Shown in pieces: positions 42,453 through 54,535 of a DNA stretch of 64,000 nt. Within the stretch, counting starts at the first letter, position 1, and every line of letters begins with the position of its first letter. The notes beneath the pieces are model-generated. The model was given only the letters and a program-made list of their open reading frames with translations. It had not been told where the DNA came from and ran no database searches. Position numbers and translations under genes: made by a program. The stretch is taken from assembly GCA_032718475.1 (NCBI GenBank), contig JAUCBJ010003790.1:62001-126000 (forward strand), in the 5' to 3' direction. The stretch is from Nemertoderma westbladi. Taxonomy: Eukaryota; Animalia; Xenacoelomorpha.

Positions 42453-45405
42453 TAGTGTTGAGAACTGTAACTGTAATTATACTGTAACTGCAACTGTAAC
42501 TGAATGATTTTGAGGATTTTTTGATACTGTAACTATAACTGTAACTGTAATTGCGAATTTTGAATACTGTAACTGTAACTGAAACTGTAATTAGGAATTT
42601 TGAATACTGTAACTGTAACTGAAACAGAAATGGAAATTGAAACAGCATTGTAATAGTTTATTAAATTAATAACAGTGGTCGATATGGGTACCATTTTTAA
42701 AACATTGTATTTTTATTTATTATTATAGTATTGGACCTTGATAGTAATGGGCCACCATATTAGTCAAGTGGCCCAAAGACCCATTGCTCACGTAACTCAA
42801 CTGTGATTTATTTGGCGAGTCAAGCATCGAGTAATGAACGAGGATCTAGCATATACTGTAGTTATAATTAGTCATAGTCATGTTTATCTATCTCAACTAT
42901 TAGACTATTATCAGCCTTATCAGCATTCTTTGCTTCCTAAGTATCGCATATCAAATGTAAATGTTTTAGATAAACAAAAATATAGTTAAGGGGAGATGGT
43001 ACCTCAGGCTATCCCTATACATTTTACTATTAACACATGTACCCATTACGCTGGTTCTACAAGATGGAATTTCATGAAAATTTCCGAAGGGCGGAGTAAC
43101 TATCGAGACACACCTGGAACATAAAAATACTTTTTTTGAGTCTATTTTTGAGGGTCACTTAATTGCACCAGAAACAAAAAATGACACATTTTCGAAGTTT
43201 ATATTAGAAATACATTTGATGATTGTTTTAAACATATGTTTTTAGAGGTTCCACAATTGTGTCTCATAAACGTGCTGCGAAAATTTCAGCCAATTCCATG
43301 GAGCCGTTCTCGAGATAAAGGTACATTTATTTCTAAATTTCACGAAAAATAAGATGCCGAGAAAAACGCATTTAAGTTTTCAAACCTTCCCGCTAATGTA
43401 AAACGCGGGAAATTTCAAAAATAGGCCAAAATATATACTCCAGCGAACCAACATTTACGATTCAGGGGTTTTCGTAGTCGCTGAATTCATTTCTGATATC
43501 TGTTTTAATGTTTGATGACATCTGGACTGTCTGTTTGTCTGTCATTCTGTCTGTCTGTCAATCTCACAGACAATAAATAAGTAAGCACACCACTTTACTA
43601 TAATTTATGATATGGGGGTTTTCCTAGTCACAGATTCCGTTTCCGATGTCAATTTTAATATTTGACTGAACCTAGAATGTCTGTTTTTATGTCTGTCTGT
43701 CTATCAGTCAAAATATAAGGAGACATATCACCTGAATAAAATTACAGATATGGGGGTTTTCCTAGTCGCTGATTTCATTTCTAATACATGTTTTAATGTT
43801 TGATGACATCTGGACTGTCTGTATGTCTATCTGTCTGTCTGTAAAGGTCTGTCTGTCTGTCTGACTGACTGTCGGTCTTACAGATAAAATATAAGTAAAC
43901 ACATCACTTTACTATAATTTCTGATATGGGGGTTTTCCTAGTTGCTGAAAAAATTGAATGAACCTAGAATGTCCGTTTAAGTCTGTCTGTATGTCTTTCT
44001 TGACAGACAGATCGACTGACAGACAAATATACATGCATAATAGACTCCTCTAAACAAGAAAGATAACATCAGAAATGAAATCACCGACCTTAAAAACCCC
44101 CACAGTGAAAATTGTAGTTACGTTGTGTGATTCGTTATGTTTTTGACAGACAGACCGACAGACGGACAAACAGACAGACAAACTAGATTACGTCAAATTT
44201 GAAAACTGACCCCGGAAATTAAATCCGCGACCACGAAAACCTATGTAGCAATTATTTTAGTTAGGTGGTGTAAATTTATATATCCATAATCTGTTGACAA
44301 ACAGAAAAACAGACCAATAGACAGACAAACAAAAAAAACAGACAACTTAAGCTTATGATGTGATGTGATGTTAGGATTTCGATTTCTGAAATCTACGTTA
44401 AATTCTGATTTAGAATTAACAAAAAAAATATTTCGAAAATTGTTCAATTTTTGAAAAGGTCTGGGGTACCATCTCCCCTTAATGGTAATTGGTAGAGGGA
44501 TATATAACGGATATATTTTACATTATGAAAATTAATGTCACTGGTACTATTAATATCAAAGGGGATATCACACTAGAGGCACTGGAAATTAAATTTTTAT
44601 CAAGTTTACCATTATAAATTACAAAATTACAATTAAACTTAAAAAGTGAAAGGAGTAGCTTAACGAGGTGGGTCTAATAAAAACTACAAATATATGCTTA
44701 CTACAACAAATTATAAATTAAGGGAAATGAGCAGGTTTCAGAAGCATGCCTTTATAACCAAAACAATAAATTACAACAGTACAAGCACTAAATCCAGATG
44801 TAGAGTAAAATGTGGGTGCCTTTTGTTCATTAGTTGATTTTGTGAGCGCCACTTTCATTACATTCAGTACTATCAGAATATTAGTTACAAAATATTACCA
44901 TAGATGGGGTCCATCTTTCCTACAACAACTAACCTATACCGCTCAGGCAGTCATGCTCTATAAAGAGGCAGTTTCGTAATGAATATTACCGGTATTATTA
45001 GTGTATATTACAGTAATATATATTAAAGTGACCCATTTTTAGTTTTAGATAACCTTTTTTATTGGGCGAGTGATTCGTTTGATTTTTGTTGGGCAAGTGA
45101 CTCATTGGGTGAGTGACTGCACTGCACCCCGCCCCGATGAGACAGGCATTATTTCAATGACTGCTTACTATGTCGTGGGATAATATATTGAATCTATAAC
45201 TGAAACTGTAACTGAAATTTTATCGCGATCAAAACTGTAACTGAAACTGAAATGTTCAATTTTGTAATACTGAAACTATAACTGTAACTGAAATGTTACA
45301 CTTTGTAATACTGAAACTGTAACTGTAACTGAAATTCAAAACTTTGAATACTGAAACTGTAACTGTAACTGAAATTAGTCAAAATTGATTCAGTTCTCAA
45401 CACTA
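42453..45405. mobile_element. Non-autonomous hAT-type DNA transposon
   Basis: 15-bp TIRs TAGTGTTGAGAACTG / CAGTTCTCAACACTA; 8-bp TSD CGCAGTAC (42445-42452, 45406-45413); subterminal AACTGT/AACTGA repeats; no transposase ORF. Confidence 0.9.
42990..44478. mobile_element. Non-autonomous TTAA-targeting TIR element (Kolobok-like), nested in the hAT
   Basis: TTAA on both sides (42986-42989, 44479-44482); TIRs GGGGAGATGGTACCTCAG / CTGGGGTACCATCTCCCC; purine-purine 5' end fits Kolobok better than piggyBac (CCY). Confidence 0.82.
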
Positions 45406-48400
45406 CGCAGTACCCCCTATTAATGGGAGATGGTACCGCAGTACCCCCTATTAATGGGAGATGGTACCGCAGTACCCCCTATTAATGGGAGATGGTACCC
45501 CAGTACCCCCTATTAATGGGAGATGGTACCGCAGTATCCCCTATTAATGGGAGATGGTACCGCAGTACCCCCTATTAATGGGAGATGGTACCGCAGTACC
45601 CCCTATTAATGGGAGATGGTACCGCAGTACCCCCTATTAATGGGAGATGGATGGTACCGCAGTACCCCCTATTAATGGTACCCCAGTACCCCCTATTAAT
45701 GGGAGATGGTACCCCAGTACCCCCTATTAATGGGAGATGGATGGTACCGCAGTACCCCCTATTAATGGTACCCCAGTACCCCCTATTAATGGGAGATGGT
45801 ACCCCAGTACCCCCTATTAATGGGAGATGGTACCGCAGTACCCCCTATTAATGGGAGATGGATGGTACCGCAGTACCGCCTATTAATGGTACCCCAGTAC
45901 CCCCTATTAATGGGAGATGGTACCCCAGTACCCCCTATTAATGGGAGATGGATGGTACCGCAGTACCCCCTATTAATGGTACCCCAGTACCCCCTATTAA
46001 TGGGAGATGGTACCGCAGTACCCCCTATTAATGGGAGATGGTACCGCAGTACCCCCTATTAATGGGAGATGGTACCGCAGTACCCCCTATTAATGGGAGA
46101 TGGATGGTACCGCAGTACCCCCTATTAATGGGAGATGGTACCGCAGTACCCCCTATTAATGGGAGATGGTACCGCAGTACCCCGTATTAATGGGAGATGG
46201 TAACGCAGTACCCCCTATTAATGGGAGACGGTACCGCAGTACCCCGTATTAATGGGAGATGGTAACGCAGTACCCCCTATTAATGGGAGACGGTACCGCA
46301 GTACCCCCTATTAATGGGAGATGGTACCGCAGTACCCCCTATTAATGGGAGATGGATGGTACCGCAGTACCCCCTATTAATGGTACCCCAGTACCCCCTA
46401 TTAATGGGAGATGGTACCCCAGTACCCCCTATTAATGGGAGATGGTACCGCAGTACCCCCTATTAATGGGAGATGGATGGTACCGCAGTACCCCCTATTA
46501 ATGGGAGATTGTACCGCAGTACCCCCTATTAATGGGAGATGGTACCGCAGTACCCCCTATTAATGGGAGATGGATGGTACCGCAGTACCCCCTATTAATG
46601 GTACCCCAGTACCCCCTATTAATGGGAGATGGTACCCCAGTACCCCCTATTAATGGGAGATGGATGGTACCGCAGTACCCCCTATTAATGGTACCCCAGT
46701 ACCCCCTATTAATGGGAGATGGTACCGCAGTACCCCCTATTAATGGGAGATGGTACCGCAGTACCCCCTATCAATGGGAGATGGTACCGCAGTACCCCCT
46801 ATTAATGGGAGATGGTACCGCAGTACCCCCTATTAATGGGAGATGGATGGTACCGCAGTACCCCCTATTAATGGTACCCCAGTACCCCCTATTAATGGGA
46901 GATGGTACCGCAGTATCCCCTATTAATGGGAGATGGATGGTACCGCAGTACCCCCTATTAATGGTACCCCAGTACCCCCTATTAATGGGAGATGGTACCG
47001 CAGTATCCCCTATTAATGGGAGATGGTACCCCAGTACCCCCTATTAATTGTGAGATGGAACCCCAGTACCCCCTATTAATGGGAGATGGTACCCCAGTAC
47101 CCCCTATTAATGGGAGATGGTACCGCAGTACCCCCTATTAATGGGAGATGGTACCGCAGTACCCCCTATTAATGGTACCCCAGTACCCCCTATTAATGGG
47201 AGATGGTACCACAGTATCCCCTATTAATGGGAGATGGTACCCCAGTACCCCTATTAATGGGAGATGGTACCGCAGTACCCCATATTAATGGGAGATGGTA
47301 CCGCAGTACCCCCTATTAATGGGAGATGGTACCGCAGTACCCCCTATTAATGGGAGATGGATGGTACCGCAGTACCCCCTATTAATGGGAGATGGTACCG
47401 CAGTACCCCCTATTAATGGGAGATGGTACCGCAGTACCCCCTATTAATGGTACCCCAGTACCCCCTATTAATGGGAGATGGTACCGCAGTATCCCCTATT
47501 AATGGGAGATGGTACCCCAGTACCCCCTATTAATGGGAGATGGTACCGCAGTACCCCCTATTAATGGTACCCCAGTACCCCATATTAATGGGAGATGGTA
47601 CCGCAGTATCCCCTATTAATGGGAGATGGTACCCCAGTACCCCTATTAATGGGAGATGGTACCGCAGTACCCCATATTAATGGGAGATGGTACCGCAGTA
47701 CCCCCTATTAATGGGAGATGGTACCGCAGTACCCCCTATTAATGGGAGATGGTACCGCAGTACCCCCTATTAATGGTACCCCAGTACCCCCTATTAATGG
47801 GAGATGGTACCGCAGTACCCCCTATTAATGGGAGATGGTACCGCAGTACCCCCTATTAATGGGAGATGGTACCGCAGTATCCCCTATTAATGGGAGATGG
47901 TACCCCAGTACCCCCTATTAATGGGAGATGGTACCGCAGTACCCCATATTAATGGGAGATGGTACCGCAGTACCCCCTATTAATGGGAGATGGTACCGCA
48001 GTACCCCCTATTAATGGGAGATGGTACCGCAGTACCCCCTATTAATGGTACCCCAGTACCCCTATTAATGGGAGATGGAACCCCAGTACCCCCTATTAAT
48101 GGGAGATGGTACCGCAGTACCCCCTATTAATGGGAGATGGTACCGCAGTATCCCCTATTAATGGGAGATGGTACCGCAGTACCCCCTATTAATGGGAGAT
48201 GGTACCCCAGTACCCCCTATTAATGGGAGATGGTACCCCAGTACCCCCTATTAATGGGAGATGGAACCCCAGTACCCCCTATTAATGGGAGATGGTACCC
48301 CAGTACCCCCTATTAATGGGAGATGGTACCGCAGTACCCCCTATTAATGGGAGATGGAACCCCAGTACCCCCTATTAATGGGAGATGGTACCCCAGTACC

Positions 48401-51361
48401 ACCTATTAATGGGAGATGGAACCCCAGTACCCCCTATTAATGGGAGACGGTACCGCAGTACCCCCTATTAATGGGAGATGGAACCCCAGTACCCCCTATT
48501 AATGGGAGATGGTACCGCAGTACCCCCTATTAATGGGAGATGGTACCCCAGTACCCCTATTAATGGGAGATGGTACCGCAGTACCCCCTATTAATGGGAG
48601 ATGGTACCCCAGTACCCCTATTAATGGGAGATGGAACCCCAGTACCCCCTATTAATGGGAGATGGTACCGCAGTACCCCCTATTAATGGGAGATGGTACC
48701 GCAGTACCCCCTATTAATGGGAGATGGTACCGCAGTACCCCCTATTAATGGGAGATGGTACCCCAGTACCCCCTATTAATGGGAGATGGTACCGCAGTAC
48801 CCCCTATTAATGGGAGAAGGTACCGCAGTACCCCCTATTAATGGGAGATGGTACCGCAGTACCCCCTATTAATGGGAGATGGTACCCCAGTACCCCCTAT
48901 TAATGGGAGATGGTACCGCAGTACCCCCTATTAATGGGAGATGGTACCCCAGTACCCCCTATTAATGGGGGATGGTACCGCAGTACCCCCTATTAATGGG
49001 AGATGGTACCCCAGTACCCCCTATTAATGGGAGATGGTACACCAGTACCCCCTATTAATGGGAGATGGTACCGCAGTACCCCCTATTAATGGGAGATGGT
49101 ACCTATTAATGGGAGATGGAACCCCAGTACCCCCTATTAATGGGAGATGGTACCGCAGTACCCCCTATTAATGGGAGATGGTACCGCAGTACCCCCTATT
49201 AATGGGAGATGGTACCGCAGTACCCCCTATTAATGGGAGATGGTACCGCAGTACCCCCTATTAATGGGAGATGGTACCGCAGTACCCCCTATTAATGGGA
49301 GATGGTACCGCAGTACCCCCTATTAATGGGAGATGGTACCGCAGTACCCCCTATTAATGGGAGATGGAACCCCAGTACCCCCTATTAATGGGAGATGGAA
49401 CCCCAGTACCCCCTATTAATGGGAGATGGTACCGCAGTACCCCCTATTAATGGGAGATGGTACCGCAGTACCCCCTATTAATGGGAGATGGTATCGCAGT
49501 ACCCCCTATTAATGGGAGATGGTATCGCAGTACCCCCTATTAATGGGAGATGGTACCGCAGTACCCCCTATTAATGGGAGATGGTACCACAGTACCCCCT
49601 ATTAATGGGAGACGGTACCGCGGTACCCCCTATTAATGGGAGATGGTACCCCAGTACCCCCTATTAATGGGAGATGGTACCCCAGTACCACCTATTAATG
49701 GGAGATGGAACCCCAGTACCCCCTATTAATGAGAGATGGTACCGCAGTACCCCCTATTAATGGGAGATGGTACAGCAGTACCCCCTATTAATGGGAGATG
49801 GTACCGCAGTACCCCCTATTAATGGGAGATGGTACCCCAGTACCCCCTATTAATGGGAGATGGTACCCCAGTACCCCCTATTAATGGGAGACAGTACCGC
49901 TGTACCCCCTATTAATGGGAGATGGTACCGCAGTACCCCCTATTAATGAGAGATGGTACCGCAGTACCCCCTATTAATGGGAGATGGTACCCCAGTACCC
50001 CCTATTAATGGGAGATGGTACCCCAGTACCCCCTATTAATGGGAGATGGAACCCCAGTACCCCCTATTAATGGGAGATGGTACCGCAGTACCCCCTATTA
50101 ATGGGAGATGGTACCGCAGTACCCCCTATTAATGGGAGATGGAACCCCAGTACCCCCTATTAATGGGAGATGGTACCCCAGTACCCCCTATTAATGGGAG
50201 ATGGTACCGCAGTACCCCCTATTAATGGGAGAAGGTACCGCAGTACCCCCTATTAATGGGAGATGGTACCGCAGTACCCCCTATTAATGGGAGATGGTAC
50301 CCCAGTACCCCCTATTAATGGGAGATGGTACCGCAGTACCCCCTATTAATGGGAGATGGTACCCCAGTACCCCCTATTAATAGGAGATGGTACCGCAGTA
50401 CCCCCTATTAATGGGAGATGGTACCCCAGTACCCCCTATTAATGGGAGATGGTACACCAGTACCCCCTATTAATGGGAGATGGTACCGCAGTACCCCCTA
50501 TTAATGGGAGATGGTACCTATTAATGGGAGATGGAACCCCAGTACCCCCTATTAATGGGAGATGGTACCGCAGTACCCCCTATTAATGGGAGATGGTACC
50601 GCAGTACCCCCTATTAATGGGAGATGGTACCGCAGTACCCCCTATTAATGGGAGATGGTACCGCAGTACCCCCTATTAATGGGAGATGGTACCGCAGTAC
50701 CCCCTATTAATGGGAGATGGTACCGCAGTACCCCCTATTAGATTTTTTAGATTATCGCGCAAACGCGCGCAGCACCAGTCTAGCTGACATTTATTCAAAC
50801 AGTAAAAACTTAAAAATCATCAAAACATTAAAACCGCATTGAAAGTGAAGGTTAAAATGTACAGTAATAAAATGGTAGGTAAGTTACCGTTAAATGGGGT
50901 TACACAGCACGGCATTCTAAATGCACCCAAAACCAAAAAGCATCACGTCTTTTCACTACCCTAATTGTGAAGTGACATTAAAACCACAAATATCAGGATA
51001 TATAATAGACCTCGTGTACTAAAATCCTGCTAGGTTTAAAATTAAACAATTGAATCAAACAAAATCAAACATAACACGATCAAAATCGAGAAATCTGCAC
51101 TGGGTACTGGGTAGACTCCTACTAGATTTACATTTAGAAACCCGAGAAATCTGCACTGGGTACTGGGTGGGTAGTCTCCTACCGCTAAAATGCACGACAT
51201 ACTGTATGGAACCCAAGATCGCGAAAATACAGAGGGTAAATCTCCTTAGATCTAGAAACTGCACAAGTACAGTGTAATCTACTTGGTTTACATAACAAAA
51301 TAGGCTACTAAGTGCGCGACATAATGCAACTTAAAATGGAAAATTCACAGGCTATCATATC

Positions 51362-54300
51362 TCATAATTCAAATATTCTGAAATATTCTTTTATGTGCTT
51401 ATGCTTTGAACGAAAAGATACACCTGGTATTGAAAAAGTGTTTGAAATAAAATTAGCTGACATTTGAGAAACTGCTGAGACTTCTGGGGGAGATAGTCGT
51501 TCCTTAAGCGATTTATCGCAGTACTGATAGTTGCACAGCGATTTAATCGAGGGAAGACTATGCTCTTGTATGGCATATCTTAACGTGCCCCCTAAGCCTT
51601 GATACGTCCCTGGATTTCCCAACGCGTTATTTTGAACACCCAACCTAAAAATCACTTGTAGATTGTAATTGGGAGTAGATAGACCTCGCAGTAGGGTCCC
51701 AAGACACGATCTATAGGCTCCCACAGATAAACTATCTGTTCCAAACAGATGGTTTAGTGTTTCATTCGACACATACGGCCCCAAGTGAAGCAAACCTCTC
51801 AGCTTCTGGCGATAATATGCATCTAACTTGGCTTTCTCAAATTTCTTCAGCGCACCAATCGAGTATTTGTGTCGGTATAAGAACGAGGATAAAGCAATTG
51901 ATCTCCATAAAAGTGCCACTTTTTCCACTGGATAGTGTTTGGTAGTCCAACCTTGCTTATGGAATCGATCAGCCAATATTGCCAGAGCCTGGATTGTATT
52001 AGCCAACACATTTACATTATTTTGCCAAGACCTTTGGATATTAACACCAAGGAAAGTTATCGACTGTGACATATCATGGTGTCGACCATTTAAAAACAGA
52101 GTTGGAGGCGGTTTATTCTCCGCTGTATTCCAAGGAGATAGATATATCCAATTTATCTTCGAGTCTTCCAACCGCAGCCCTAGTTTGGTTATGTGTGTTT
52201 CTATACGAGTTGCCAACTTCTCCATATCCCGTGGACAACTTGCCATCAGAAGGATGTCATCAGCATATCCAAGAGCACTAAACAACTCATTATATATTCG
52301 ACAACCAATCTTACTTTGACCATTGCATGAATAAATATTTGTAAACATCCCATTTGTGTAATAGTTAAACAGGGCTGGAGATAGAATGGACCCTTGTTTT
52401 ATTCCATTAAGCATAGTGAAACCATTTTCCGATACAAGGCCATTTATGTTTATGAAAAGACGACTAAGCTGATAATAAACAACCAGAATTCTACAGATGT
52501 ACGGATTGATGACATCGGACATCCTCTGAAACAATTTAATCTGGTCGACTCCGTCATATGCCGCCGAGATATCCAGCTGACAAACGTATACTCCAGATCC
52601 ATGCCTGCGATAATGTTCTATACACTCAAGTACAGCACTGAGAATTACATCACTGCCAATTCCCGATTGATAAGCCAACTGCTGAGGACTGGGTTCCAGA
52701 AAAAGATACTCCCTAAGTAATACTCCTTCGAGTACCTTGCCAAATATGCTGATAGATGATATTGGACGGTATGACGATGGTGCACAAACATCCTTTTTCT
52801 TCCCTTTGTAGATACAGGTGACTACAGTCTCCCCAAAGAAATCAGGCAGGCATCCTAGAGATATGGACTCATTTAATAACTTTGTTACGTGGTAGCACAC
52901 AACTTCTTTCTCCGAATATAAAAGGTGCTCTACAGTCATCATCTGCTTGTCTGGGGACTTATTTCTGTTGAGAAGTAAGATTGTCCGTTCAACCAACTTT
53001 TCAGAAATGACTGGTGCCTCAGTTTGACTACAAGCTGAACTTAGCTTCTCAAGTAAACTATTTATATTTTTCGGTTGAGAACTGTCCTTTTGTAGCTGAT
53101 TACATAAATAGTCGGTGAGAGGACCTCTCATGGATTCAGCCGTGGTATCTTTCCGTTTATTATTTACAAAATTCCAAAATCCACTTGGGTTGTGTCTGTA
53201 ACTGCCAATTAAATGATCAATGCGCTTGGATAAGTGTTGCTTGGTGAGCCAGTTTTTAAGGTGCCTCGTTGCACGCTTGGAATCTTGAAACATCTGTCCA
53301 AAAGTGTCACCCGAATCTTTACCCCTTTCACACCAAATATTATATAACTTTTTAGATGTTTGGCATCTTTCCAGTAATTTTTTATTTCGCACCCTGATAT
53401 TGTTCGACTTCTTTTTGTGCTGTTTCTTGGGTATATATTCATAGGCAGTATCATAAAATATTGCTTTCAGCGAATGACCGTACCAATCTATATCCCTCTT
53501 TGTCCACTTTCGATCAAAACAGGAAACAATGTCCTTTAGCCTATTCAACTTGTGCTCGGTTTCTTGCATATACTTAGATAGCTTTTCCTTACTGCACTTT
53601 TCCCACGCAAAACGATGTATCCTTTGTACATTTTTTGTTGAAATTTTTTCTTTTTCTTCACGTTTTACTTCTAGTTTAAAACAAACGAGGACTGGGACAT
53701 GATCAGAATTATTGTGAACCTCATCCATACCAAAAACGAAGCCTTGATGAATACTATTTGCTCCAGACCTAGATGTCACTATGTGATCGATGTATGATTT
53801 GTTGCGTCCATGAAAAGTTACAGTTGGACCTTGAAAAGCTGAGAATGTGTCCACTGCATGAATATCTTGTTGCATTAAAAACTCATGAAATATTTTTCCC
53901 CTAGCTGATGCATGTTCTCGACCAAAACGCAGTCCCTGCAGAGGCCCAACATCAGCGTTGAAGTCGCCAATTAGTATCGGGAGACTATTTGGGTACGACT
54001 TTAGGATGTTTGTCAGGCGACCTAAGAAGTCATAAAATTCACTAACTGGTTTACCAGCATCCGGAGCATATACATTCAGCACTAACAAATCCAAGTTACC
54101 CAAAGTAGCCTTGATACCTATGATGTCATTGCTAGATTCGAGCGGCATAGTGTAGTCAAATAGGTTTTTCCTAATGAGCAAGCCGACTCCCCCACGAACT
54201 ACTGCACAATGTTTAGTTTGATGGCCAGGAATATATAGGCATTCATAATTATTTTTAAAGCTTTCACGCCAAATTTTTTCACATTCCGTCCCATCCAACC

Positions 54301-54535
54301 ATAGTTCTTGTATTCCACAAATATCTACATTATGTTCATCCAACAATTTATCGACGTACATCATATTGCTAAGTGCTCCCCTTACATTAAAAGTCAGGCA
54401 GTTCAAATTAGTTTTGGTAACTACAGCAGAATTATTTTCTTTAAAATTGGTGCATTTTGCATCCAAGCCGGGGCCATTAGAATTGAGCGCTGTAGCACCA
54501 TCCTGAGCACCAGATCCATCTTTATTGTTAAACAC
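51362..54535 (-). CDS. LINE ORF2: apurinic-like endonuclease plus reverse transcriptase
   Basis: TFNVRG, GIQELW, NVYAP, IGDFNA, YIDHI, SDHVPV; SYRPIS, LDISAAYD, GIKQGSILSP, YADD, FLGV; listed start is GTG. Confidence 0.95.
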   Translation of the reverse strand: MFNNKDGSGAQDGATALNSNGPGLDAKCTNFKENNSAVVTKTNLNCLTFNVRGALSNMMYVDKLLDEHNVDICGIQELWLDGTECEKIWRESFKNNYECLYIPGHQTKHCAVVRGGVGLLIRKNLFDYTMPLESSNDIIGIKATLGNLDLLVLNVYAPDAGKPVSEFYDFLGRLTNILKSYPNSLPILIGDFNADVGPLQGLRFGREHASARGKIFHEFLMQQDIHAVDTFSAFQGPTVTFHGRNKSYIDHIVTSRSGANSIHQGFVFGMDEVHNNSDHVPVLVCFKLEVKREEKEKISTKNVQRIHRFAWEKCSKEKLSKYMQETEHKLNRLKDIVSCFDRKWTKRDIDWYGHSLKAIFYDTAYEYIPKKQHKKKSNNIRVRNKKLLERCQTSKKLYNIWCERGKDSGDTFGQMFQDSKRATRHLKNWLTKQHLSKRIDHLIGSYRHNPSGFWNFVNNKRKDTTAESMRGPLTDYLCNQLQKDSSQPKNINSLLEKLSSACSQTEAPVISEKLVERTILLLNRNKSPDKQMMTVEHLLYSEKEVVCYHVTKLLNESISLGCLPDFFGETVVTCIYKGKKKDVCAPSSYRPISSISIFGKVLEGVLLREYLFLEPSPQQLAYQSGIGSDVILSAVLECIEHYRRHGSGVYVCQLDISAAYDGVDQIKLFQRMSDVINPYICRILVVYYQLSRLFININGLVSENGFTMLNGIKQGSILSPALFNYYTNGMFTNIYSCNGQSKIGCRIYNELFSALGYADDILLMASCPRDMEKLATRIETHITKLGLRLEDSKINWIYLSPWNTAENKPPPTLFLNGRHHDMSQSITFLGVNIQRSWQNNVNVLANTIQALAILADRFHKQGWTTKHYPVEKVALLWRSIALSSFLYRHKYSIGALKKFEKAKLDAYYRQKLRGLLHLGPYVSNETLNHLFGTDSLSVGAYRSCLGTLLRGLSTPNYNLQVIFRLGVQNNALGNPGTYQGLGGTLRYAIQEHSLPSIKSLCNYQYCDKSLKERLSPPEVSAVSQMSANFISNTFSIPGVSFRSKHKHIKEYFRIFEL

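Noticed and set aside
45585-47047. ORFs with MVPQYPLL repeats
   Set aside because: Chance open frames in the 31-bp satellite
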